Source: a bacterium
Lineage (GTDB): Bacteria > Krumholzibacteriota > Krumholzibacteriia > G020349025
DNA length: 64,000 bases
Direction: 5' to 3'
NCBI GenBank assembly: GCA_031362565.1
Contig: JANLSU010000067.1
Location: 44,742-108,741, forward strand
Numbering within the stretch: position 1 is the first letter of the stretch; the number at the start of each line of letters is the position of its first letter. A program made the translations under genes and the position numbers. Shown here piece by piece: positions 1 through 8,324 of this stretch. The notes beneath the pieces were generated by a model, which had not been told where the DNA came from, ran no database searches, and worked only from the letters and a program-made list of their open reading frames with translations.

Positions 1-338
1 ACTTCCAGGAACTGTGCAAGGACCTGTGCTTGCAAATCGCCGCCGCCAGCCCGACCTGCGTGCGGCGCGAGGAATTCCCGGCCGCACTCTTGGCGCGTGA
101 AACCGGCATCTTCAACACTCAAGCACAAGAGTCCGGGAAGCCGGCCGTGGTCATCGAGAAGATGGTCGCCGGGCGCATCGAGAAGCTCTACAAGGAGTCG
201 GTGTTGCTCGAGCAGGCGTTCGTGAAGGACCCCAACATGACGGTCGAAGAGCGGGTCAAGGCGGGCATCGCCAAGCTCGCCGAAAACATCACGGTGCGCC
301 GGTTCGTGCGGTTCCAGCTCGGCGAAACCGTCGCGTAA
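1..338 (+). CDS. tsf: Elongation factor Ts, C-terminal part (5' end lies outside the window)
   Basis: Open frame from the window start (FQELCKDLCLQIAAASP...GKPAVVIEKMVAGRIEK...LLEQAFVKDP...VRRFVRFQLGE) is a typical EF-Ts C-terminus; lies directly before pyrH-frr. Confidence 0.96.
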   Translation, partial: FQELCKDLCLQIAAASPTCVRREEFPAALLARETGIFNTQAQESGKPAVVIEKMVAGRIEKLYKESVLLEQAFVKDPNMTVEERVKAGIAKLAENITVRRFVRFQLGETVA

Positions 339-373
339 CACCTGTCGCACGGCGCTGCCTTGGAGCCAACGCA

Positions 374-1099
374 ATGCAACTGAAGTACCGACGCATCCTG
401 CTCAAGATGAGCGGCGAATTGCTGGGCGGCGCCGCGGAATCCGGCATCAGTGTGGAGCGCGTGCACACCCTCGCCGAGGATTTGCAGGTGCTGCACCAAT
501 TGGGTGTGCAGATCGGCCTCGTGGTGGGTGGCGGCAATATTTTTCGGGGCTCGATCGGCGAGACGCGCGGCATCGACCGCGTGTCGGGTGACCACATGGG
601 AATGCTGGCCACGGTCATCAATTCGCTGGCCGTACAGGACGCGCTCGAGAAGCACGGCGTGCCGGCCAGCGTCATGTCGGCGCTGCGAATCGAGTCGGTG
701 GCCGAGCCGTACGTGCGGCGCGACGCGCTCCGCCGCCTCGACGCCGGCCAAGTCGTCATCGTCGCCGCCGGCACCGGCAATCCGTTCTTCACGACCGACA
801 CGGCCGGCGTGTTGCGCGCCATCGAGCTGGGTGCCGAGGTGCTGTTGAAGGGGACCAAGGTCGACGGCGTCTACGACGACGATCCGGCCAAGAATCCCGC
901 CGCCAAACGCTTTAACACGCTGACGTATCGCGAAGTCCTCAACCGTGATCTCAAGGTCATGGACGCAACGGCTATTTCACTGTCCCGGGAAAATGAACTG
1001 CCGATCATCGTCTTCGACATCAGCCGGAGAGGCGACTTGCTGCGCATCGTGCAGGGCGAATCGGTAGGCACCTGGGTCGGGAAGGGGGAGAACACATGA
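374..1099 (+). CDS. pyrH: UMP kinase
   Basis: RILLKMSGE, VVGGGNIFRG, DHMGMLATVIN, GTGNPFFTTDT and LKVMDATA motifs; tsf-pyrH-frr synteny. Confidence 0.98.
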   Translation: MQLKYRRILLKMSGELLGGAAESGISVERVHTLAEDLQVLHQLGVQIGLVVGGGNIFRGSIGETRGIDRVSGDHMGMLATVINSLAVQDALEKHGVPASVMSALRIESVAEPYVRRDALRRLDAGQVVIVAAGTGNPFFTTDTAGVLRAIELGAEVLLKGTKVDGVYDDDPAKNPAAKRFNTLTYREVLNRDLKVMDATAISLSRENELPIIVFDISRRGDLLRIVQGESVGTWVGKGENT

Positions 1100-1659
1100 G
1101 CGCTCAAGATCTCGTCCGCGAAGCTCAGGACCACATGGAAAAATCACTCGACGCAACCAAGCGCGAGTTGTCGGGCTTGCGCACCGGCAAGGCCTCGGCG
1201 GGCTTGCTCGACACCGTCAAGGTGGACTACTACGGCACCCACATGCCGCTCAAACAGATCGCCAACGTCTCGGCGCCCGAAGCCCGGCTGCTCACCGTGC
1301 AGCCTTTCGACAAGGGCGCCGGCGCCGCGATCGAGAAGGCGATCCGCGACTCGGGCCTGGGCCTCAACCCGCAGTCCTCCGATGGCGGCATCATTCGGAT
1401 TCCGCTTCCGACCTTGACCGAAGACCGGCGCAAGGAACTCGCCAAGGTCCTGCGCGGCATGGTCGAACACGGCCGCGTCGCGGTGCGCAACATCCGCCAT
1501 CACACCAACGACCACCTGAAGCAGCTCGAGAAGGAGGGCACGATCACCGAGGACGAGCACAAGCGCGAAGCCAAGCGCGTCCAGGACATGACCGACGCCC
1601 ACATCAAGAAGCTCGACGACCTGCTGAAGGTCAAAGAAGCCGAGATCATGGAAGTCTGA
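1096..1659 (+). CDS. frr: Ribosome recycling factor
   Basis: LRTGKAS, VDYYG, LGLNPQ, PTLTEDRRKEL, RVAVRNIR, KEAEIMEV; ATGA overlap with pyrH; GGGGAG RBS. Confidence 0.98.
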   Translation: MSAQDLVREAQDHMEKSLDATKRELSGLRTGKASAGLLDTVKVDYYGTHMPLKQIANVSAPEARLLTVQPFDKGAGAAIEKAIRDSGLGLNPQSSDGGIIRIPLPTLTEDRRKELAKVLRGMVEHGRVAVRNIRHHTNDHLKQLEKEGTITEDEHKREAKRVQDMTDAHIKKLDDLLKVKEAEIMEV

Positions 1660-1778
1660 TCCCCCCTTTGGGGGCAACCTCTGGCGTTTGTCTCCCAAAC
1701 GTCTCGGATGCCGCGGGTCGGGAACAATCCACCCCCCCTGTCCGTTTCAAGGTGTGACGAGACCGCCAGCGCGGTCGC

Positions 1779-1910
1779 GAGACAGAGCGGGAGCCGATCG
1801 ACCGGGCCAAGTCCAAAGGACGAACGCGGGCCCAGGCTGCGGATCCCCCTCCGAGCAGCCGAGCCCGCGTCCCTTGGATCCGGACGAACGGTGCCCCCCG
1901 GTTCTGTCTC
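1779..1910. ncRNA. Candidate rod-like structured RNA or cis-element (family not recognised)
   Basis: Nested inverted repeats: GAGACAGA 1779-86 / TCTGTCTC 1903-10; TCCAAAGGA 1812-20 / TCCCTTGGA 1870-78; ACGCGGGC 1824-31 / GCCCGCGT 1863-70; GGCTGC 1835-40 / GCAGCC 1855-60. It lies in a ~575-bp gap with no credible ORF. Confidence 0.3.
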
Positions 1911-2011
1911 AACCCAGGTCGTAGCCTGCCCATGTCCCCGGCAGGAGCGCCCGGTGAGCCGTGTTCGGCGCCTCGTCGACCTCACCTCTCCTGATGGAGA
2001 GTCTCCGCATG

Positions 2012-2045
2012 AACGGGCCAGCGACGTCGCTGGCCCCGTTTCTTT
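2012..2045 (+). terminator. Probable intrinsic terminator
   Basis: Perfect 22-bp palindrome GGGCCAGCGACGTCGCTGGCCC (2015-2036) followed by CGTTTCTTT; lies upstream of the nuo promoter. Confidence 0.55.
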
Positions 2046-2120
2046 GGTACGCCCCGAATTGCCACTCCGTGCGGCCGGTGTCCGAACCCCGCCTCGGGCG
2101 CCGCCACCCTGCCTCGTGCC

Positions 2121-2148
2121 TTGACACTGGGTCGCCGCGGAGTAAACT
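2121..2148 (+). promoter_or_regulatory. Sigma70-type promoter of the nuo operon
   Basis: TTGACA (2121-26), 16-bp spacer, TAAACT (2143-48). Confidence 0.7.
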
Positions 2149-2161
2149 ATCGAGTCGGTTT

Positions 2162-2183
2162 GTTTGAGAAATTTTTCTCAAAC
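2162..2183. promoter_or_regulatory. Palindromic operator, Rex-box-like
   Basis: GTTTGAGAAA-TT-TTTCTCAAAC, an AT-rich palindrome with 10-bp arms just downstream of the predicted transcription start; core TTGAGAA-N4-TTCTCAA versus Rex consensus TTGTGAA-N4-TTCACAA. Confidence 0.6.
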
Positions 2184-2236
2184 TCACCCAACTCGAAGTA
2201 CCACAAGAACTTGGGCGCGTGTGGGGGAGACGGCAC

Positions 2237-2587
2237 GTGAGCTATCTGCCGCTCGCTTTCGTGATCGGGCTCGCGTGCCTGGTGCCGGTGCTGCTCTTTG
2301 GACTGCAGCGGCTCCTGGCGCCACGCCGCCCGAATGTCGCCAAGCTGGAGACTTACGAGTGCGGGGCGCCCATCATCGGCAGCCCGCACCAGCGCCAGCC
2401 GGTCAAGTTCTACATCGTTGCCGTGCTGTTCCTGCTCTTCGACATCGAGACCGTGTTCCTCTTTCCCTGGTCGGTGCTCTATCGCCGGCTCGGGGTCTTT
2501 GGTCTGGTCGAAATGGGCGTTTTCCTCGCGGTGCTGGTGTTCGGCCTGGTCTACGTCTGGCGCAAGGGCGCCTTGGAGTGGGAATGA
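2237..2587 (+). CDS. nuoA: NADH-quinone oxidoreductase subunit A
   Basis: [41 protein letters not shown] start at 2237 after GGGGGAG. Confidence 0.96.
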   Translation: MSYLPLAFVIGLACLVPVLLFGLQRLLAPRRPNVAKLETYECGAPIIGSPHQRQPVKFYIVAVLFLLFDIETVFLFPWSVLYRRLGVFGLVEMGVFLAVLVFGLVYVWRKGALEWE

Positions 2588-3066
2588 CACGTCCGGCCGG
2601 CGGGGACGGCGCGCCGTTCCTCACCACCAAGCTCGAAGGCGCCATCGACTGGGCGCGCAAGAACTCGCTCTTTCCGATCCCGTTCGGGACCGCCTGCTGT
2701 GCGATCGAGTTCATGGGGGTCGTCGGACCGTCGTTCGACATCTCGCGCTTCGGCGCCGAGGTGGTGCGGTTCTCACCGCGCCAGGCCGATCTCATGATCG
2801 TCGCCGGCACCATCGTCTATAAAATGGCGCCGGTTCTGCGCAAGGTCTACGCGCAGATGGCCGATCCCAAGTGGGTCATTTCGATGGGTGTGTGCGCCAG
2901 TTCAGGCGGCTTCTATGACGACTACTGCACGTTGCAGGGCATCGACCAGATCATCCCGGTGGATATCTACGTGCCTGGGTGCCCGCCGACACCGGATCTC
3001 TTCCTCGACGGCTTGTTGAAACTGCAGCAAAAGATCGATCTCGATCGCCGTCTCAGGCTTGCCTGA
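2584..3066 (+). CDS. nuoB: NADH-quinone oxidoreductase subunit B
   Basis: [45 protein letters not shown] 2584 overlaps the nuoA stop. Confidence 0.97.
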   Translation: MTRPAGGDGAPFLTTKLEGAIDWARKNSLFPIPFGTACCAIEFMGVVGPSFDISRFGAEVVRFSPRQADLMIVAGTIVYKMAPVLRKVYAQMADPKWVISMGVCASSGGFYDDYCTLQGIDQIIPVDIYVPGCPPTPDLFLDGLLKLQQKIDLDRRLRLA

Positions 3067-3076
3067 AAGGACGCTC

Positions 3077-4816
3077 GTGCCGGCTCTGGATCTCGAACGC
3101 GTCCGCGGGCTCGTCGGCGACGATTTCGTTGCGGACCGTTCCTCGCATGGCGACCATGCCTATGTCGTGCGCCCGGCCGGTGTGCGCCGGATCTTGACCG
3201 CGCTGCGCGACGACCCGGTGCTGCAGTTCGACATGCTGATGGACCTGACGGCCGCCGATCGCAGCCTCTTGCCGCCCAAGGACCGCACCGAGCGTTACGA
3301 AGTCATCTACAACCTGTACTCGCTGTGGAACGGCTGGCGGCTGCGGCTTCTGGCGCCGGTTCCCGAATCCGACCCGACGCTGCCCAGTGTGCACGACCTG
3401 TGGAAGGCCGCCAACTGGGCCGAGCGCGAAGTCTGGGACATGTACGGGATTCGCTTTGCCGGCCACCCGAATCTCAAACGCATTCTCTGCCACCACGAAT
3501 TCGTCGGCCATCCGCTCCGTAAGGACTACGACCGCACTCGCGGCCAGTGGTGCTCGGAACTGGAGACCCTCGAAGACGAACTCGAGATGGCGCACACCGC
3601 CGAACGCCTGCGGGCCCACGAGTCGGGCGCCGATCCGGCGGAATCGGGGATCGGCGAACGGATGATCCTCAACATCGGGCCCAGCCATCCGGTGACGCAC
3701 GGCACGCTCCGGGTGCTCGTCGAACTCGAGGGCGAGATCATCAAGACCGCCATTCCGGAGATCGGCTACCTGCATCGCGGTTTCGAAAAATGTGCCGAAA
3801 AGGGCAGTTGGAACAACGTCATCCCGTATGCCAGCCGCCTGAACTACGTGTCGGCGCTCGCCAACGATGTCGCCTACGTGAAGGCGGTCGAGAAGCTGGC
3901 CGGCATCGAGGTGCCGGACCGCTGCAAGTACATCCGCGTCATCGTCACCGAGCTGGCGCGCATCATGGATCATTGCGTCTGCAACGGCGCCAACATCGTC
4001 GACTTGGGCGCCCTCACCAACTTTTGGTACCTGTTCAGCGCCCGCGAAAAGATCTACACGATCGTCGAGAAGCTGACCGGCATCCGGCTCACGACCGCGT
4101 ACACGCGGGTCGGCGGGCTGTCGCACGACTTGTACGACGGCTTTGCGGATGAATGCCGGGCCATGCTCAAGGAAATCGTCCCGTTCGTGACCGACGTTAT
4201 CAAGCTCGTGAAGAAGAACCGCATCTTCATGGAGCGCACCGTCGGCATCGGCGCCATCACTTCCGAGCAGGCGATCTCCTACGGCTGGACCGGACCGTGC
4301 CTGCGCGCCACCGGCGTGCCGCTCGACGCCCGCAAGCGCGACGGGTACTACTTCTACGATACGTTCGATTTCGACGTGCCGGTGGGCGAGAACGGTGACA
4401 GCTACGACCGCATCATGGTGCGCTTCGAGGAGATCTTCCAGAGCATCCGCATCATCGAGCAGGCGCTCGACAAGTTGCCGGGCGGGCCGGTCAACACCGA
4501 CAACAACAAGTTCTTCCTGCCGCCGAAACAGGAGTTGTACCGCGACATCGAGCCGCTCATGAACCACTTCATGATCGTCATGTTCGGAACCCCGGTGCCG
4601 GCGGGCGAAACCTACGATTCGTTCGAGGTCACGAACGGCGAGCTGGGTTTCTATCTGATCAGCGACGGCAAGGGCAAACCGTATCGCTTGCGGGTCCGCC
4701 CGCCGTGCTTCTACATCTATCAGGCGTACACGTCGATGATCGAAAACGGCATGTTGGCGGACATGGCGGCCATTCTCGGCAGCCTGAACATCGTGGCCGG
4801 GGAACTGGACCGCTAG
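3077..4816 (+). CDS. nuoCD: NADH-quinone oxidoreductase fused subunit C/D
   Basis: NuoC motifs (ANWAEREVWDMYGIRF.GHPNLKRIL, GHPLRKDY) and NuoD motifs (LNIGPSHPVTHGTLR, GYLHRGFEK, GELGFY, GELDR) in one frame; start approximate. Confidence 0.96.
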   Translation: MPALDLERVRGLVGDDFVADRSSHGDHAYVVRPAGVRRILTALRDDPVLQFDMLMDLTAADRSLLPPKDRTERYEVIYNLYSLWNGWRLRLLAPVPESDPTLPSVHDLWKAANWAEREVWDMYGIRFAGHPNLKRILCHHEFVGHPLRKDYDRTRGQWCSELETLEDELEMAHTAERLRAHESGADPAESGIGERMILNIGPSHPVTHGTLRVLVELEGEIIKTAIPEIGYLHRGFEKCAEKGSWNNVIPYASRLNYVSALANDVAYVKAVEKLAGIEVPDRCKYIRVIVTELARIMDHCVCNGANIVDLGALTNFWYLFSAREKIYTIVEKLTGIRLTTAYTRVGGLSHDLYDGFADECRAMLKEIVPFVTDVIKLVKKNRIFMERTVGIGAITSEQAISYGWTGPCLRATGVPLDARKRDGYYFYDTFDFDVPVGENGDSYDRIMVRFEEIFQSIRIIEQALDKLPGGPVNTDNNKFFLPPKQELYRDIEPLMNHFMIVMFGTPVPAGETYDSFEVTNGELGFYLISDGKGKPYRLRVRPPCFYIYQAYTSMIENGMLADMAAILGSLNIVAGELDR

Positions 4817-4828
4817 AGGAGGCGCGCC

Positions 4829-5353
4829 GTGGAGTCCAAGGTGGAATTCCGTCCCGCGCCGCTGCGGGTGCCGGAGGGCGAGCCGTTCCGCTTGTCCGAT
4901 GCGGCGCTTGCCGAGATCGAGCGCCTGGCGCCGCGCTACGCGACGCGTGCCGCGCTGCTCTTGCCGGCGCTCTGGATGGTGCAGCGCCAGCAGGGCTATA
5001 TCTCGGAAGCCTCCATGCGCCATGTCGCCGCAGTCCTCGGCGTTTCGCCGGTCAAGGTCTACAGCGTCGTGACGTTCTATCACATGTACCACGAGAGCCC
5101 ACCCGGGCGCTGGAACATCCAGGTGTGTCACAACCTGTCGTGTTCGCTCCTGGGTGCCGAAAAATTGCTCGACCTGCTGCATGCCAAGCTGGGCGTCGGC
5201 GAAGACGAGCCGACGGCCGATGGCCGTTTCATGATCCAACGGGTCGAATGCCTGGGCGCCTGCGAGCATGCGCCGGTCTGCCAGATCAACGACGACTTTG
5301 TGTTCGACGTGACGCCCAAAGATCTCGAGCGCAAGCTTGACGAATTGAAGTGA
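4829..5353 (+). CDS. nuoE: NADH-quinone oxidoreductase subunit E
   Basis: VVTFYHMY, CHNLSC and ECLGACEHAP 2Fe-2S ligands; GAGGAGG RBS. Confidence 0.96.
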   Translation: MESKVEFRPAPLRVPEGEPFRLSDAALAEIERLAPRYATRAALLLPALWMVQRQQGYISEASMRHVAAVLGVSPVKVYSVVTFYHMYHESPPGRWNIQVCHNLSCSLLGAEKLLDLLHAKLGVGEDEPTADGRFMIQRVECLGACEHAPVCQINDDFVFDVTPKDLERKLDELK

Positions 5354-5360
5354 AGGACCG

Positions 5361-6641
5361 ATGGCCGACGTCATTCTGACAAGCCGCTTCGCGACCAAGG
5401 ACTCGCACACGCTCGCGTCCTATGTGGCGGATGGCGGCTATGGCGCTGCCAAGAAGGCGCTCGCCATGACGCCCGAGCAAGTGCTGGAGGAGGTCAAGAA
5501 GTCGGGCCTGCGAGGCCGGGGCGGCGCCGGGTTCCCGACCGGCATGAAGTGGGGCTTCATCCCCAAGTCCGACAAACCGGTCTACCTGTGCATCAACGCC
5601 GACGAGAGCGAGCCCGGGACCTTCAAGGACCGCTACCTGATGGACCTCGACCCGCACCTGCTGATCGAGGGCATCATCATCTCGTGCTGGGCGATCCGTT
5701 CGCACGATTGCTACATCTATATCCGCGGCGAGTACCACTCGACGTACGACGTCATGCAGAAGGCGCTCGACGAGGCGTATGCGGCGGGTTACCTCGGCGA
5801 CGACGTCGCCGGCACAGGCTTCCGGTTGCACTGCACGATGCACAAGGGCGCCGGCGCCTACATTTGCGGCGAGGAAACCGGCCTCATCGAGTCGCTGGAA
5901 GGCAAGAAGGGCGAGCCGCGCATCAAGCCGCCCTTTCCGGCCATCGTCGGCCTGTTCGGTTGCCCGACCATCGTCAACAACGTCGAAACCATCACCTGCG
6001 TGCCGTGGATCATCGAGCATGGCGGCGAGGCGTACGCCAAGATCGGCGTCGGCAAGAGCACCGGCACCAAGCTCTGGTGCGTGAGCGGCCACGTCAAGAA
6101 GCCCGGGCTTCTCGAGCTGCCGCTCGGCCTACCGTTCAAGACCATGCTCGAGGAACATTGCGGCGGCATGCGTGACCCGAAGCGGCCGCTGAAGGCGGTC
6201 ATCCCGGGCGGTTCTTCGGTGCCGGTGTTGACCGCCGCCGAGATGATGGACTGCAACTTGGATTACGAGTCGATCGCCGCCAAGGGTTCCATGCTGGGAT
6301 CGGCCGGCATGATCGTCATCGAAGAGGGCACCTGCATGGTGTGGACGCTGGCGATTCTGACCCGCTTCTACGCCGACGAATCGTGCGGCCAGTGCACGCC
6401 GTGCCGTGAGGGCACGAGCTGGGTGAACGACATCCTGTGGAGGATCGAGCGCGGCGGTGCGACGCCGAAGGACATCGACTTGCTGCACAATCTGTGCGAC
6501 AACATGATGGGCAAGACGATTTGCGTGCTGGCCGATGCGTGCGTCATGCCGGTGCGCAGTTTCTTGGAGAAATTCGGCGCCGAATTCCAGGCCCACTTCG
6601 AGCACGGGAGTTGCCCGCAGGCGGAGCCGGTACACATCTGA
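5361..6641 (+). CDS. nuoF: NADH-quinone oxidoreductase subunit F
   Basis: SGLRGRGGAGFPTGMKW, NADESEPGTFKDR, GAGAYICGEETGL, ESCGQCTPCREG. Confidence 0.98.
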   Translation: MADVILTSRFATKDSHTLASYVADGGYGAAKKALAMTPEQVLEEVKKSGLRGRGGAGFPTGMKWGFIPKSDKPVYLCINADESEPGTFKDRYLMDLDPHLLIEGIIISCWAIRSHDCYIYIRGEYHSTYDVMQKALDEAYAAGYLGDDVAGTGFRLHCTMHKGAGAYICGEETGLIESLEGKKGEPRIKPPFPAIVGLFGCPTIVNNVETITCVPWIIEHGGEAYAKIGVGKSTGTKLWCVSGHVKKPGLLELPLGLPFKTMLEEHCGGMRDPKRPLKAVIPGGSSVPVLTAAEMMDCNLDYESIAAKGSMLGSAGMIVIEEGTCMVWTLAILTRFYADESCGQCTPCREGTSWVNDILWRIERGGATPKDIDLLHNLCDNMMGKTICVLADACVMPVRSFLEKFGAEFQAHFEHGSCPQAEPVHI

Positions 6642-6715
6642 ACGAGGCGAACGATGGGCCGGGGCTCCGAACGGGCCTTGCCCGCAGCACATCACTGAAC
6701 ACGAAGACGAGCGCG

Positions 6716-8323
6716 ATGCCCAAGATCACCATCGACGACCGCGAGGTCGAGGCCCGGGACGGCGAGAACCTCATCGATGCGGCAGCACGCATCGGGGTCA
6801 ACATCCCGCATTTCTGCTACCACCCCGGACTGAGCGTGGCGGGCAACTGCCGCCAGTGCCTGGTGGAGCTCGACGGTAATGCCAAGCCGCAGATTGCCTG
6901 CAATTTGCCGCTCAAAGACGGCATGAAGATCCGTTGCACGACGCCGGCCATCCAGGAGGCCCGGCGCGGCGTGCTCGAGTTCCTGCTGCTCAACCATCCC
7001 ATTGATTGCCCGGTGTGCGACCAAGCGGGCGAGTGCCGCCTGCAGGAGTACTACATGGGGCACGGGCTGTACGACGCCCGGCGCAACGTCGACAAGGTGC
7101 ACAAGCCCAAGGTCGTCGATCTGGGGCCCTTGGTCGTACTCGACGCCGAACGCTGTGTCCTGTGCACGCGCTGCGTGCGTTTCTGCCAAGAGGTCGCCGG
7201 CACCGAAGAGTTGTACGTCAAGGAACGCGGCCATCACGCCGAAATCGTCACCTTCCCGGGCATGCAACTCGACAATCCGTACTCGGGCAATGTCATCGAT
7301 GTCTGCCCGGTGGGGGCGCTTTTGAACCGCCAGTTCCGGTTCCAGAGCCGCGTCTGGTGGCTCAAGCAAGCCGACAATGTGTGCTCGAGCTGTGCGCGCG
7401 GTTGCAACATCCGCGTCGACCATCACTGGAACAAGGTGCAGCGGCTCGTGCCGCGCCCGAATCCCGACGTCAACAAGTACTGGATGTGCGATCGCGGCCG
7501 AATGAACTTCCAGTCCTACAACGACAACCGCCTGGTGGATGCGCGCGTCGGGGCCCAAGACAGTACGCTTCGGGACGCCATCGACACGCTCTGCACGCGC
7601 TTGACCGCCGCCGCGGGCGAGGTGGCCGTGTTGCTGTCGCCCAAACTCGCCAACGAGGAACTGCTGGTCATGCGCCGGTTGTTCGGCGACCTCTTGCGGG
7701 TCAAGGTGCTGGGTGCGGGTTCACTGGAACCGGACCAGCCCGAGGACGACATTCTGCGCCGCGCGGATCCGCATCCGAATTCGTTCGCGGTGCAGATGCT
7801 CGGGCTGCAAGGCGATGTCCGAAAGATCGTTCGCGAGTCGCAAGCGCGCGTTCTGGTCATCGTCGGCGACGATCCTCTTGGCTGGGATCCGTCCTTGGCC
7901 GAGACGTTCGCACGCTACGAAACGGTCGCCGCCCTGCTCACGAATTCGAACGCGACCGCCGCGGCCGTCGACGCCGCGGGTGGCATTCTGATACCACTCG
8001 CCACCCACTTCGAGTTCGCGGGTTCGTTCACCAACTTCGAGGGACGCGTGCAGGCCTTCGAACCGGCCTTGGCATCGCCCGGTTCGGCGATGGCCGCCTC
8101 CGATCTCGGTATCGAACTCGCACACACCCTGGGTCTGGCCTTCTGGCCGCGCACCGAACACCCGGCGCTCGTTCTCGAAGCCATCTGGTCGGAACTCTTG
8201 CCCGCCGGCGTCGCCCTCGCAGCTCCCGGCTGGGGCCAGGTGCCGCAAGACGAACTCGTTGCTACACCGCGGCCGACCGCGCAGTCGACCACCAAGGGCT
8301 ACACGCCCAGTGGGACGGTGTGA
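6716..8323 (+). CDS. nuoG: NADH-quinone oxidoreductase subunit G (short form, ~535 aa)
   Basis: IPHFCYHP..SVAGNCRQC, NHPIDCPVCDQAGEC, RCVLCTRCVRFC, CSSCARGC...MCDRGR; ATG 6716. Confidence 0.95.
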   Translation: MPKITIDDREVEARDGENLIDAAARIGVNIPHFCYHPGLSVAGNCRQCLVELDGNAKPQIACNLPLKDGMKIRCTTPAIQEARRGVLEFLLLNHPIDCPVCDQAGECRLQEYYMGHGLYDARRNVDKVHKPKVVDLGPLVVLDAERCVLCTRCVRFCQEVAGTEELYVKERGHHAEIVTFPGMQLDNPYSGNVIDVCPVGALLNRQFRFQSRVWWLKQADNVCSSCARGCNIRVDHHWNKVQRLVPRPNPDVNKYWMCDRGRMNFQSYNDNRLVDARVGAQDSTLRDAIDTLCTRLTAAAGEVAVLLSPKLANEELLVMRRLFGDLLRVKVLGAGSLEPDQPEDDILRRADPHPNSFAVQMLGLQGDVRKIVRESQARVLVIVGDDPLGWDPSLAETFARYETVAALLTNSNATAAAVDAAGGILIPLATHFEFAGSFTNFEGRVQAFEPALASPGSAMAASDLGIELAHTLGLAFWPRTEHPALVLEAIWSELLPAGVALAAPGWGQVPQDELVATPRPTAQSTTKGYTPSGTV

Positions 8324-8324
8324 C

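Noticed and set aside
1660..2120. tmRNA, RNase P RNA, SRP RNA or tRNA in the gap
   Set aside because: Hallmark sequences (GAGGAAAGTCC, T-arm GGTTCGAnTCC with CCA end, SRP GGAA/AGCAG loop) not found on either strand.
1688..2167. Short ORFs in the frr-nuoA gap
   Set aside because: No RBS, atypical composition, and they overlap the hairpins and promoter.
3053..5410. 785-aa minus-strand ORF, and similar long antisense ORFs over nuo genes (5286-6092, 12224-13588, 14368-16179)
   Set aside because: Shadow frames of strongly GC3-biased real genes; no recognisable motifs.
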